Source of the DNA: Candidatus Magasanikiibacteriota bacterium
GTDB lineage: Bacteria; Patescibacteriota; Patescibacteriia; Magasanikbacterales; GWA2-37-8
Direction of reading: 5' to 3'
Assembly: GCA_016189025.1 (NCBI GenBank)
Contig: JACPGS010000018.1
Location: 6,921 to 70,920, forward strand
Length of the DNA stretch: 64,000 bases
The notes beneath the pieces are model-generated. The model was given only the letters and a program-made list of their open reading frames with translations. It ran no database searches and was not told where the DNA came from. The number at the start of each line of letters is the position of its first letter. The stretch's first letter is position 1. Shown here one piece after another: positions 38,570 to 48,804 of the stretch. A program made the position numbers and the translations under genes.

Positions 38570-40459
38570 ATGAGATTGTTGCGTTTAGTGGCCGCGGTCT
38601 ACCTGGTGTTGCTCGCAGCCGGTTTTTACCTCTTGGCGATTTCCCGCACCGGAGAATCAGTCGCTTCGCCCTGGCAGACCATCCGCCCGGCCTATCTTTA
38701 TGTATTTTTCGCCGCTACCCTGGCGCTCGGGGCATTGGTAATTTGGGGGCGGGGGAGAGTAAAGTGGCTGTTAGCGGCGCTGATTTTCTATTCCCTATTG
38801 CTCCACAGCTATTTGCCGTTGACTCATGAATTAGTGTACGGCGCGGATCAGTGGCGGCATATGGCGGTGGAGGCGCGTTTGGTGGCCGGGCAGCCGCTCT
38901 TAAAGCCGATGTTGCGGCAAGGTGTCAGCAGCTGGTTGAGCATCGGCGATTTTGCTTATAGCGGGCTTTGGAGTATCAGCGCGCTTCTTGCTAAGGCGTT
39001 TTCCGGCCGGGCGTATTTCTTGGTAAATTATAGCCTAATTCACATCAGCAAATGGCTGGTGCCGATTATCTGGTCGGCTGCTTTTCCTTTGCTGTTGTTT
39101 TATTTGGGCCGGAGTTTAGAGTGGAGCAATCGCCGCTCGTTATTTTTAGTCTGGTTAAGCGCCCTGCCTTTTGCTCTGCAGGCCACCGGCTCGCTGACGC
39201 TCCCCAGTAGCCTAGGATTTCTCTGGTGGCTGGGGGGGTTGGTGATTTTAGTCCGGCATTTTGCCCAGCCGACGCGGCGCCAGCTTTGGGCGCTCGGCGG
39301 CATTGGCTTGGTTTTGATTTTTAATCATACGCTTTATTTGATTCTTTTTATCTTAATTTGGGCGCTGGCAGAAATTCTGCGCTGGCGGGTGGCGGGAAAA
39401 TTTTTGCCGGCCTCGGTGATTATTCTTACTTTAGCGGTAGCGGTTACTTTACCAGCAGTGGAATGGGGGGCCGGTTATTTAGAGCAGGGGAGTGGCCGCC
39501 CGGCGTTTGCTTCCGTCAAACAGCTGCTAGGCAATTTGACTGCGGTCTATTTGGCGTCTGGCCCGCGGCCGCACGACATTGCTATCGGCAATATCCTATT
39601 TAATCAAATACCCGGCGGGGCTTTCGTGGCCAATTTTTTTACGGCCTGGCGCTGGTGGCTGCCGGTATTCGCCCTGTTGTTTTGGGCCGGGGTAATTTAT
39701 GGTTTGATAATTGCCTGGCGCAGTCAGCGGCGAGAATTATTATTAGTAATGATTTTGACAATGGGATTAAGTATCAGTTATGTTGCCGCCCGCTATTGGT
39801 TAGACGGCGAACAGATACTCAATCGCCGCCTGGATCCGGTGCTGGCATTTTTGTCTGTGGTTAGCATTATCATTGCGCTGCCGGCAGTAGCACAACGTTT
39901 TCCTTGGCGGCGTCAGCGAGCCGCCGGATTGGTCGGCTTAGTGATATTATCCAGCGCGATTACTGCCTCGTATTCGCTGGGCCCTGACCTGCCCACCGTC
40001 AGCCGCGATGAGTATCGCGCCATGCAGTATGTGGGGCAGCAGGAGGAGGGTAGTAAGCGCCATTGTGTGATTGCCGACACGATGCCGCTCTTGGCTTTAG
40101 AGGCGATTTCTGGGCGGGAAGTTATCGGGGGAGGATTCCCGATTGATCAATACTTTGCCCAGCCGGAGTTGGCGCGTTTTCGAGCGCAGCTGGATAAAGG
40201 ATTTTTTGAGTGGGATAGCGAAACCGCCTATCAGCTTACCGGCAGCCAGCAGTGTTGGTGGGTTAAAACTGATGCTAAAATGGCGGCCGGACTGGCGCGC
40301 GGCCCGGGGCCGGTTACTAACGTCAAAATATTTGGCAAAACCGTGGTTGTGCGCTATACTCAAGCCAACGCTTCCTACGCGCCGCCGGCGCCCCAAGATT
40401 TTTGGCCGGGGATTGTGCCGCTGGAGGTTGACGGACGCTCGATAAAAAGTAGTTTTTAG
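38570..40459 (+). CDS. Polytopic membrane protein (possibly GT-C fold)
   Basis: Many TMs with a G.D.W.H loop motif; ATG at 38570. Confidence 0.6.
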   Translation: MRLLRLVAAVYLVLLAAGFYLLAISRTGESVASPWQTIRPAYLYVFFAATLALGALVIWGRGRVKWLLAALIFYSLLLHSYLPLTHELVYGADQWRHMAVEARLVAGQPLLKPMLRQGVSSWLSIGDFAYSGLWSISALLAKAFSGRAYFLVNYSLIHISKWLVPIIWSAAFPLLLFYLGRSLEWSNRRSLFLVWLSALPFALQATGSLTLPSSLGFLWWLGGLVILVRHFAQPTRRQLWALGGIGLVLIFNHTLYLILFILIWALAEILRWRVAGKFLPASVIILTLAVAVTLPAVEWGAGYLEQGSGRPAFASVKQLLGNLTAVYLASGPRPHDIAIGNILFNQIPGGAFVANFFTAWRWWLPVFALLFWAGVIYGLIIAWRSQRRELLLVMILTMGLSISYVAARYWLDGEQILNRRLDPVLAFLSVVSIIIALPAVAQRFPWRRQRAAGLVGLVILSSAITASYSLGPDLPTVSRDEYRAMQYVGQQEEGSKRHCVIADTMPLLALEAISGREVIGGGFPIDQYFAQPELARFRAQLDKGFFEWDSETAYQLTGSQQCWWVKTDAKMAAGLARGPGPVTNVKIFGKTVVVRYTQANASYAPPAPQDFWPGIVPLEVDGRSIKSSF

Positions 40460-40479
40460 CTGACCTCAACTAATGCCTT

Positions 40480-40968
40480 ATGAAAATCAGAATATTCGTA
40501 ACCGGCGGGACTTTTGATAAAGAGTATAACGAGCTTGACGGTTTACTCTTTTTTAAAGATACCCACCTGCCGGAAATGCTTGCCTTAGGGCGGTCTCGCG
40601 TCCCGGTAGATATTCGCACTTTAATGATGATTGACAGTCTGGAAATGACCGACGCGGAACGAGAAATTATCGCCCAAAACTGTATTAAAACCGATGAAAA
40701 TAAAATTATCATCACCCATGGCACTGATACTATAGTGGAAACCGCCCGGGTGCTCGCGGCCGGGGTTATCGGCAAGACGGTCGTGTTGGTCGGTGCGATG
40801 ATTCCCTATAAATTTGGCAGTTCCGACGGCCTGTTTAATCTGGGTAGTGCGCTCGCCTTTGTCCAAATCTTACCGGCCGGCGTGTATATCGCCATGAACG
40901 GGCGCTACTTTACTTGGGACAATTGCCGCAAGAATAAAAAAACCGGAGAATTTGAGGAAATCAAGTAA
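40480..40968 (+). CDS. Asparaginase-domain protein, short form
   Basis: TGGT, DS, HGTDT and SDG.FNL motifs. Confidence 0.85.
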   Translation: MKIRIFVTGGTFDKEYNELDGLLFFKDTHLPEMLALGRSRVPVDIRTLMMIDSLEMTDAEREIIAQNCIKTDENKIIITHGTDTIVETARVLAAGVIGKTVVLVGAMIPYKFGSSDGLFNLGSALAFVQILPAGVYIAMNGRYFTWDNCRKNKKTGEFEEIK

Positions 40969-40977
40969 ATCATTTTT

Positions 40978-41388
40978 ATGCCCCCAGCTGATTGTCTTTT
41001 TTGTAAAATCATTGCCGGAGAAATTCCTAATTATACTGTGTATGAGGATACCCAGGTGCTGGCGTTTTTAGACATTAATCCTTGCGCTAAAGGTCATACC
41101 GTGATTGTGCCGAAAAAACACCTGGCGACCCTGATTGAAATGACCGAAACCCAGTGGCGCGCTACGTTAGAAGGCGTGCGCCAGGCCTTGCGGCGGGTAG
41201 AGGCGGCCTTGCAGCCCGATGGTTTTAACATCGGCATCAACGATCGGCCGGCCGGCGGCCAGGTAGTGCCGCACGTGCACTGGCACATTATTCCCCGCTG
41301 GCAGGGCGACGGCGGCGGCTCCATCCACTCTATCATTAAGGGCAAAGATGCGGGGGACGTTAAAGAGACAGCAAAGTTGTTTAAGTGA
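40978..41388 (+). CDS. HIT family nucleotide hydrolase
   Basis: C.FC.I..GEIP, AFLDI.P, GH and GQ.V.HVHWH motifs. Confidence 0.92.
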   Translation: MPPADCLFCKIIAGEIPNYTVYEDTQVLAFLDINPCAKGHTVIVPKKHLATLIEMTETQWRATLEGVRQALRRVEAALQPDGFNIGINDRPAGGQVVPHVHWHIIPRWQGDGGGSIHSIIKGKDAGDVKETAKLFK

Positions 41389-41408
41389 AATTACGGCTTT
41401 CGCGTCTT

Positions 41409-41530
41409 CTGTCATCCCGAGCGAAGCCCTGACTAAGTCGGGGCGAAGCCGAGGGATCCCTTGACAATTGGTGTAAGGGATTCCTCCGCTCCCCCGTACC
41501 ATTCTGGTACAGGGTCGGTCGGAATGACAG
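41409..41530. repeat. Family C palindromic element (CCCGAGCG...GAGGGATC subtype)
   Basis: CTGTCATCCCGA...TCGGAATGACAG terminal inverted repeat with nested hairpins. Confidence 0.82.
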
Positions 41531-41598
41531 TTGAATGACAATAGTAACAACCTCGTGGAGGTTGTTTTTTTAGGTTAAGCGCGCTATAATAAGCATAT

Positions 41599-43695
41599 AT
41601 GGATACAACAGATGCCAGCAAAGCCGCCCTGGCCGAGGCCGCGGCAGCGCCCGCGACCCCGCCCGGCAATCCGGAAATCAATTTTTTTGCCCTCACCAAT
41701 TACCGCAACCAAAACCGGCGGTTTGGCATTAAATTGGACGACCGGCGGCGGCACGTGTACGTGGTCGGCAAAACCGGGATGGGCAAAACCACCATGCTGG
41801 AAAACATGATTTTAAACGATATTTATGCTGGGCACGGCGTAGGCGTGGTGGACCCCCACGGCGATTTGGCCGAAAAAATCCTGGATTTTATTCCTCCCCA
41901 GCGCATCAATGACATTGTCTATTTTAACCCTTCGGACATTGATTATCCCATCGGCTTCAATATCCTGGAAACTATCCGTCCCGAGCAGAAGCACCTGGTG
42001 GCGTCGGGGCTGATGGGCGTCTTCAAAAAAATCTGGCCGGACGTGTGGAGCGCGCGTATGGAATATATCCTCAATAACACTATTCTCGCGCTGTTAGATT
42101 TCCCCGGCACCACGCTCCTCGGCATCAACCGGCTGCTCGCCGACCCCGATTACCGGCGCCGCGTAGTCAACAACGTCAAGGATCCCGTGATCAAGGCGTT
42201 CTGGGTTACCGAGTTCGCCAATTACCAGGACAAATTTCGCACCGAAGCGGTGGCGCCGATTCAGAACAAAATCGGGCAATTTTTATCTGCCTCGGTAATC
42301 CGCAATATCGTCGCCCAGGTGCGCTCGCGCATCAACATCCGCGAAATCATGGACAACAAAAAAATCTTTATCATGAATCTGTCTAAAGGGCGCATTGGCG
42401 AGGACAATTCGCGGCTCTTGGGCGGCATGCTCGTTACCCGCATCCAGCTCGCCGCCATGGAGCGGGTGGATATTCTGGAGCCGGCGCGCCAGGATTTCTT
42501 TTTGTATGTGGATGAGTTCCAGAATTTTGCCACCGAGAGTTTTGCCAACATTCTTTCCGAAGCGCGCAAATACCGCCTTAACCTGATTATGGCGCACCAG
42601 TACATGGAGCAGCTGGACGAAGAAGTGCTGGCCGCCGTAATCGGCAACGTGGGCACTTCCGTAGTATTCCGGGTAGGTTCTACCGACGCCGAGATTTTAG
42701 CCAAAGAGTTTATGCCGACCTTTGTGGAAGAGGATTTGGTGAATCTGCCTAAGTTTCATATTTATCTGAAATTGATGATTGACGGCGTGGCGTCGCGTCC
42801 GTTTTCCGCCACTACACTGCCGCCTTTGGCGCAAGTTACCGGGAGCGCCGCCAAAGTTATCCGCGTGTCGCGCGAGCGTTATGCTACGGCCCGCGATAAA
42901 ATTGAAGATAAAATTATGCGCTGGAGCGGGTTGGTGCCGATGGGAGCGGATGAGGCAGCCAGCCTAGAGGTGGACGAAGAGACGGCGCGCTATGTTACCA
43001 GCCGCCCGGCGCCTAGCTCCGAGCGTAGTCGAGGGGCGCCGGCGCCTAAACCAATTCCTCGCGCCAGCCCGCCGGCGGGGGCCAGGATGGCAACCAGAGG
43101 TCAGCCGTCTGCTACCACCGCGCTCCGAGTCAGTGCGCCGGCTACGCCGATGGTTCAGCCGAAACGCCAGGTAATAGCGTCGGATCAGGCGGCGCGCTTG
43201 CCGGCAGTAACGCCGGGGGCGGAGTTGCCGGCCTCGCCGGCGCCGCTGTCTTTAACCAAGCTATCCTCCCCGCCTGCTCCTTGGGGAGAGCAAAGAAGGA
43301 GAAAGAAAAAACGCCGGCGCGGCGGCTTAATTCCGCCGGGCGCGGTGGCGCCGGTGGTACGGGGCGAGCCGGGCGCGCGGGGAATGTCGCTTAGCGAGCT
43401 GGCGCCAAAATCTGCTCCCCCGGCAACTCGCCCCCCGGTAATTCCTCCGCCGGCAACCCGAATGCCTCCACCCGCCCCCGCCAGCCATCCTGCTCCGCCG
43501 CCAGTTTCTGTTCCCTCGTCTCCTCCCGCCCCATCTGCTCCGGCGAATGTCAGTCCGTCTCCCTCTCCTCTTGATTTAGGTTTTTTGCCTGCCCCGAATG
43601 CAGTCAAAGTGCCGCCTTCTCCTCCTCCCGCTGCCCCGCCTGCCAGGATCTCTCCCAAAACCATCCCGCCGGATCAGGTGATTGAGATTGAGTAA
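41599..43695 (+). CDS. VirD4/TrwB-like (type IV coupling protein family) ATPase with Pro-rich tail
   Basis: DRRRH.Y..GKTG.GKTT, DPHGD, YVDEFQNF and LSEARKY motifs. Confidence 0.88.
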   Translation: MDTTDASKAALAEAAAAPATPPGNPEINFFALTNYRNQNRRFGIKLDDRRRHVYVVGKTGMGKTTMLENMILNDIYAGHGVGVVDPHGDLAEKILDFIPPQRINDIVYFNPSDIDYPIGFNILETIRPEQKHLVASGLMGVFKKIWPDVWSARMEYILNNTILALLDFPGTTLLGINRLLADPDYRRRVVNNVKDPVIKAFWVTEFANYQDKFRTEAVAPIQNKIGQFLSASVIRNIVAQVRSRINIREIMDNKKIFIMNLSKGRIGEDNSRLLGGMLVTRIQLAAMERVDILEPARQDFFLYVDEFQNFATESFANILSEARKYRLNLIMAHQYMEQLDEEVLAAVIGNVGTSVVFRVGSTDAEILAKEFMPTFVEEDLVNLPKFHIYLKLMIDGVASRPFSATTLPPLAQVTGSAAKVIRVSRERYATARDKIEDKIMRWSGLVPMGADEAASLEVDEETARYVTSRPAPSSERSRGAPAPKPIPRASPPAGARMATRGQPSATTALRVSAPATPMVQPKRQVIASDQAARLPAVTPGAELPASPAPLSLTKLSSPPAPWGEQRRRKKKRRRGGLIPPGAVAPVVRGEPGARGMSLSELAPKSAPPATRPPVIPPPATRMPPPAPASHPAPPPVSVPSSPPAPSAPANVSPSPSPLDLGFLPAPNAVKVPPSPPPAAPPARISPKTIPPDQVIEIE

Positions 43696-43705
43696 TTTGA
43701 ATTGA

Positions 43706-43866
43706 AACTGTAGAAGAATACCAGCAAACTTGCTGTTTGGCTGGTCGCTATCGCTATTGCGGTAACTCACTTGGTTGGTCGCGGCAGACACTCTTTGGGT
43801 GCTCCCCCCGCTTACGCGGGGGTGCGCGCCCAAAGACACTCGTCTGCCGCTCCCTGATGCTAACTA
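43706..43866 (+). repeat. Dispersed structured repeat family B
   Basis: Full-length copy. Confidence 0.88.
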
Positions 43867-43898
43867 GTTGTTCCTATTCTTTTACAGTCTTAATATCT

Positions 43899-44705
43899 AT
43901 GCCTCCTGGCGTTCACGTCGTTCTTTTTTGTTTGCGTCAGTTGCACCGCCCGGCGCCGGAGAGCCACAAAGGCGACAACGGACGTCTCTTAATTATCGCC
44001 GGATCCAAAAAATATCACGGCTCGGTGGTGCTCGCCGCTACTATGGCGAGTAAATTGGTGGATTTAGTATACCTGGCCACCACGCCGGATAATTTTTCCC
44101 TGATTAAAAAAGTCCGGGAGCGTCTGGCCGAGTTTATTTACATTGCGCCCCGCGAGCTCCCCGCTACTCTTACCGAAGTTGACGCCGTGCTCATCGGCCC
44201 TGGGTTGTTACCCAACGCGGCCACGCGCCGCCTGGTGCAACGTCTGCTGCGCCAGTGGCCCGACAAAAAAATCATTCTGGACGCCGCGGCCCTGCGCGTG
44301 CTTGACCCGCGCTGGCTTCCTCGGCAGTGTATTATCACCCCCCACGCCGGCGAATTTCGCGCCTTGTTTCGCCTTGCCCCTACTCCCCCAAATGTCCAGG
44401 CGCTCTCGCGGCGTTACCCCGGCGTTATTGTCCTAAAAGGACGCGTAGATTATCTTGCTCAAGGCGGCCGGCTCTGGTATAACACTGCCGGCAATGCGGG
44501 AATGACCAAGGGCGGCACCGGCGATGTGCTGGCCGGTTTAATCGCGGCACTTGCCACAAAAAACGACCCGCTCCTCGCGGCGCAGGCCGGAGTGTATGTA
44601 AACGGCTTAGCGGGGGATAAGTTGTATAAAAAAGTTGGCTATCATTATAGCGCTTCGGAGTTAATGCCGGAAATTCGGAAAATTTTATCACGCTTTGATT
44701 ATTGA
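43899..44705 (+). CDS. nnrD: ADP-dependent NAD(P)H-hydrate dehydratase
   Basis: SHKG.NG..LIIAGS..Y.G, IGPG, DA.AL, TPH.GEF, LKG and GGTGDVLAG motifs; ATG at 43899. Confidence 0.9.
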   Translation: MPPGVHVVLFCLRQLHRPAPESHKGDNGRLLIIAGSKKYHGSVVLAATMASKLVDLVYLATTPDNFSLIKKVRERLAEFIYIAPRELPATLTEVDAVLIGPGLLPNAATRRLVQRLLRQWPDKKIILDAAALRVLDPRWLPRQCIITPHAGEFRALFRLAPTPPNVQALSRRYPGVIVLKGRVDYLAQGGRLWYNTAGNAGMTKGGTGDVLAGLIAALATKNDPLLAAQAGVYVNGLAGDKLYKKVGYHYSASELMPEIRKILSRFDY

Positions 44706-44751
44706 TAGTAATCGGAGAAGCAGTGATGATTATCATTAATGTCGAGTAATT

Positions 44752-46200
44752 ATGAAGAAGTTAGCTATTCGAGACCCATTTTTGTTCGGCGAATGGTTTG
44801 ACCTAGGATGGTTTCACAGCTGTCATATCTATGGCCATACGATCACCATCAAGGAACGGCTTGGCTATGGGTTAAGTCAGGAAGTGGTAGAACAGGCAGG
44901 CACCATAGAGCGAATTTATTTTTCTCGCTCGGAGTGGACCAGAATTGGTAAGAAATACTTAAGCGAAGTTATCGCCAAACCTGCCAAGTTAAAAAAATTG
45001 CTCTCCGACCTGCGACGCGCTTCGAATCAGCTGCTGGTTTTCTCGCAAAAATTATTCACGGCTGATCCCGCCACCTTTTCCGGACAGCGGTTGGTACGCC
45101 TATTTGAGGCTTATCACGCGCGCCATCACGCGGTGTGGGCGATCGGTCAGGTGCCAAATGTATTGGAATTTCAAAATGCTTTCCTTACTGATTACCTTAA
45201 ACATTGGCTCGCCGGGCAGTCCCTTGCCGGAGCGGAACCGGTTAAAGTTTTTCAAACCTTGGTCACCCCCCGCGAACTTTCGGCCGCCCAGCAAGAGGAG
45301 CGCGCTATGCTGCGTCTGGCAGCGCAAAAAAATCCGGCGGTCGCTTTGCGCAAACATTGGCGCCAATTCAAGTGGCTGCAATTCGGCTGGACCGGCCCTG
45401 ATTTAACCCCGGAGTATTTTATTGACGTGCATCAGCGACTCTATAATGAAGGCCGGGTAAAATCAATTTTAAGCAAAACTTTACTAGCTGACCGGCAATT
45501 GGTGCGCGATAAAGAGCGACTAACAAAACAATTGCACTGCCCGCCTAAGATTAAGACTTTATTCCGCTTGCTGGAAGAACTGCTGTTCCTCAAATCGCAT
45601 CGGATGGATGCTCTCTACACTAGCTATAGCGCTATCCAGCCCTATTTAAAGCACCTGGCCCGCCGACATTATCTGGCGCTGCCGCAGTTATATAATCTTT
45701 ATCTGCCGGAATTAATCGCTATGTTGCGGCAGGGAGCAATTGATGCGGACTATCTTAATAATTTAGCCAAGTATTCGGTACGTTATTACGATGGCAAGCG
45801 TTGGTATTTACTCTTTGGTCAGGAAGCACGGCAAATAACCGAGGCAATCAAGCGTCGTCTGCCGCCTACCCCACTGCTCTCGGAACTTAAGGGAGAATGC
45901 GCCTATCCGGGCAAAGTTACCGGCAAGGTCTATATTATCAATCGGGCCGGGGAAATGGGCAAGTTTGAGTCGGGAGCAATTTTAGTTTCTAATATTACCG
46001 ACCCCTCGCTGTTGCCGGCCATGAAGCGGGCGGCAGCTTTCGTTACCAATACCGGCGGACTCACCTGCCACGCGGCGATTGTGGCGCGTGAGGTGCAAAT
46101 ACCCGGCGTCATCGGCACCAAAATTGCCACGCAAGCGCTCCGGGATGGCGATTTGGTAGAGGTAGACGCGACGGCGGGAGTGGTAAGGAAAATTAACTAA
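44752..46200 (+). CDS. Phosphohistidine swivel (PEP-utilizer mobile) domain protein, paralogue 1
   Basis: C-terminal G..AYPG...G, GAILV, GGLTCHAAIVARE, IP.VIGT and DGD.VEVDA; uncharacterised N-terminal region. Confidence 0.9.
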   Translation: MKKLAIRDPFLFGEWFDLGWFHSCHIYGHTITIKERLGYGLSQEVVEQAGTIERIYFSRSEWTRIGKKYLSEVIAKPAKLKKLLSDLRRASNQLLVFSQKLFTADPATFSGQRLVRLFEAYHARHHAVWAIGQVPNVLEFQNAFLTDYLKHWLAGQSLAGAEPVKVFQTLVTPRELSAAQQEERAMLRLAAQKNPAVALRKHWRQFKWLQFGWTGPDLTPEYFIDVHQRLYNEGRVKSILSKTLLADRQLVRDKERLTKQLHCPPKIKTLFRLLEELLFLKSHRMDALYTSYSAIQPYLKHLARRHYLALPQLYNLYLPELIAMLRQGAIDADYLNNLAKYSVRYYDGKRWYLLFGQEARQITEAIKRRLPPTPLLSELKGECAYPGKVTGKVYIINRAGEMGKFESGAILVSNITDPSLLPAMKRAAAFVTNTGGLTCHAAIVAREVQIPGVIGTKIATQALRDGDLVEVDATAGVVRKIN

Positions 46201-46203
46201 ACT

Positions 46204-47277
46204 ATGCTGGACACGGAAGTAGAAAAAATTGTGGCGGCCCTTGACTGGGAAAAACGCTGGATGGAGCGTTTTACCCTTTTTGCCACATCATTAATCGGCG
46301 ACGTCTATTTTTTTGGCTGTCAGGAGCAATTGGGAGTGGCATTCAACCGGATGTTCTTTGTTTACCAGGAAGGGATGGTTACGTGTTATCAGCTGATTTC
46401 AGAAAATACGGTCTTTGGCAACGCGCTGGCGCGCCGTTTGGAGGCGGATCACCATCTGGTTGATGGGTGGAACCGGGAAGTTAAAGATAAAGTTGATGAG
46501 GTTCTTAGTTTGGTTGCCGCCTACGAAGGCACCCTTTTTGAAGAGTCACACTACCTGGCTTTTGAGCACGCTTTTCGCGCACTGCAGCCACCCTTCGTTC
46601 GCTTAACCAGAGTCGCCAATTATCTGGCGCCGTCTTGGCACAATACTTTGTTGCCGCCACTGAATGCCATGCGTCTGGCCACGGAAACGGTATACGGCCG
46701 CGTTGATTCGTTTGTGCAGCGATCATTACGGCAATTAGCCGGCCAGATTGGCCGCGATCCTGATTTGGTAGAACTATTATATCATTATGAAGTGAGGGAA
46801 TTTGTTAAGCAGGGCACTTTGCCACCGGATGCCGAATTAAGAAGCCGTGCGCCGGTTAGCGGATTATATTTTGAAAACGGACGGCAATTCTTTTGTGATA
46901 GTAAAGAAGTTGGCTTATTTCAACGCCTGGTTGCCGATAAATTTGGCTCCCAGGATGGTATTGTTCGCGGGGTCACTGCGGTTCCCGGATATGTGAAGGG
47001 TACGGCGCGAATAATTTTTGACCCCCAAAAACCGGGTGTCTTTAATGACGGCGATATTCTGGTGACTAACATGACGTATCCGGAGTTTGTGCCCCTGATG
47101 AAAAAAGCCGGGGCGATTGTTACCGATGGCGGCGGCATTTTGTGCCACGCGGCCATTGTTGCTCGAGAATTGGGCAAACCCTGCCTGATCAATACCCAGG
47201 TAGCCACCTCGACTTTTCACGATGGTGAGCAGGTGGAGGTAGATGCGACGCAAGGAACAATCAAGAGAGCGGCATAG
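46204..47277 (+). CDS. Phosphohistidine swivel domain protein, paralogue 2 (short)
   Basis: GDILVT.MT.P and GGILCHAAIVARE. Confidence 0.9.
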   Translation: MLDTEVEKIVAALDWEKRWMERFTLFATSLIGDVYFFGCQEQLGVAFNRMFFVYQEGMVTCYQLISENTVFGNALARRLEADHHLVDGWNREVKDKVDEVLSLVAAYEGTLFEESHYLAFEHAFRALQPPFVRLTRVANYLAPSWHNTLLPPLNAMRLATETVYGRVDSFVQRSLRQLAGQIGRDPDLVELLYHYEVREFVKQGTLPPDAELRSRAPVSGLYFENGRQFFCDSKEVGLFQRLVADKFGSQDGIVRGVTAVPGYVKGTARIIFDPQKPGVFNDGDILVTNMTYPEFVPLMKKAGAIVTDGGGILCHAAIVARELGKPCLINTQVATSTFHDGEQVEVDATQGTIKRAA

Positions 47278-47280
47278 CCT

Positions 47281-48804
47281 ATGGAGCCTAAATACCTGCA
47301 CGACAACGACCCCTGGCTGCTCGCCGAGGACATCCCCGGCAGCGATTTGTTTTTCTTTCAAATTCCCTTTTGGTGTTTTGCCAACCGTTTCGGGGAACAA
47401 ACCGGACGAGCGTATAAAAAAGTTTTGGCTCATTTTTCCGGGTATCAGATGTGGTTTTATTTTGGCGAGCAGGATTCTTATGAAGTAGGGGAACATATCG
47501 TTAATCGGATTGTGGAACAGCCAGGCTATGGGGCGGATATTAACCAAAATATCATAGCGATAGCCGACAAATTACGCGCTTGGTGCGCCACCATTCCCGT
47601 GGAAAAACTCAATAATCTTTCCGACGCCGAGTTGTGGGAAATATATCACACGCATTACCAGCTCCATTGCGAATTTTACACCTGGGTATGGATCGGCAAT
47701 GCGACGGACATGTTCCATGCTAATTTTACCAACCGGCTAAAGGCTTACTTAAAACAAATCGGCGTGGTAGAAGACAAGATTAATGAGTATCTGGTTACTC
47801 TGACTACTCCCACCGCGCGAACGCCGGTCTTTGTGGAACAGCAGGATTTGTTGTTGATTGCGGAGCAAATATACCAGGATCAGGCGATCAGGCAGTTGTG
47901 CGCTACTTCCACTCCGCTGGTATACGAAGACCTCCCGCGCCGCCTGCAAACAATGATCCAACAGCACTGGGAGAAGTATCACTATACCAAATTTATTTTT
48001 GTGGAGGGCGAATATACCATTAATGATTATCTCCGGCAGCTGCAAGATATATTGCGCGGCGAAACTGCGCCGCGGGCGATTATTGAGGGACAAATAGAAG
48101 CGCTGCAGGCGGCGGAAGAAAAAAAGCGAATTCTTTTGGCGCAGTTGCCCGTTGCCCCGGAGTGGCAGGAGATATTTGCGGTTTTTGGCGACTTCATGGT
48201 AACCAAAATTTATCGTCGTTATGCCCAGCTTTTTGCCTTGCATCGCATGGATAAAGTTCTTAAGGAAATTGCCCGGCGCAAGCAGCTTTCCCTGAAACAG
48301 GTAAAATTCATGTTGAAAAGTGAAGTAGAGCGGTTGCTCCTCAAAAATTCCTGTGATCCGGAACTGTTGCGGGAACGCGCAAAGCAGTGCGTGTATTATG
48401 TGGAAAAAGATGGCGAGGCAGTATACGTCGGCCCGGCAGCCGAGGCCCTTATTGCAAAAACCGTTCGCACTATTGATGCCTCAATCAGTGAATTGAAGGG
48501 CGAAGTCGGGTGCACGGGTTATGCCCAGGGACGAGTAAAAATTGTTATTCGCGCCGAAGAGATGGCCAAGATGAACGACGGCGATATTTTGGTTTCTATC
48601 GCCACTGACCCGGACATTGTGCCGGCGATGAAAAAAGCCGCGGCGATTGTTACCGAACAGGGCGGCGTTACCAGCCACGCCGCCATTGTCAGCCGCGAGC
48701 TTGGCATCCCTTGCGTCATCGGCACCAAAATCGCCACCAAAATATTTAAGGACGGGGATTTGGTGGAAGTAGATGCGAATAGGGGAGTGGTGAGAAAAAT
48801 ATGA
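47281..48804 (+). CDS. Phosphohistidine swivel domain protein, paralogue 3
   Basis: GGVTSHAAIVSRE. Confidence 0.9.
   Translation: MEPKYLHDNDPWLLAEDIPGSDLFFFQIPFWCFANRFGEQTGRAYKKVLAHFSGYQMWFYFGEQDSYEVGEHIVNRIVEQPGYGADINQNIIAIADKLRAWCATIPVEKLNNLSDAELWEIYHTHYQLHCEFYTWVWIGNATDMFHANFTNRLKAYLKQIGVVEDKINEYLVTLTTPTARTPVFVEQQDLLLIAEQIYQDQAIRQLCATSTPLVYEDLPRRLQTMIQQHWEKYHYTKFIFVEGEYTINDYLRQLQDILRGETAPRAIIEGQIEALQAAEEKKRILLAQLPVAPEWQEIFAVFGDFMVTKIYRRYAQLFALHRMDKVLKEIARRKQLSLKQVKFMLKSEVERLLLKNSCDPELLRERAKQCVYYVEKDGEAVYVGPAAEALIAKTVRTIDASISELKGEVGCTGYAQGRVKIVIRAEEMAKMNDGDILVSIATDPDIVPAMKKAAAIVTEQGGVTSHAAIVSRELGIPCVIGTKIATKIFKDGDLVEVDANRGVVRKI

Noticed and set aside
9866-43866. CRISPR array or tRNAs among the repeats
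   Set aside because: Copies are dispersed rather than regularly spaced, no cas genes are present, and there is no cloverleaf or T-loop signature
43737-43898. N-terminal extensions in the ORF track for nnrD, and likewise rplU, recR, 29054, 38471 and 62066
   Set aside because: The extensions are translations of upstream repeat elements; downstream ATGs match the family starts
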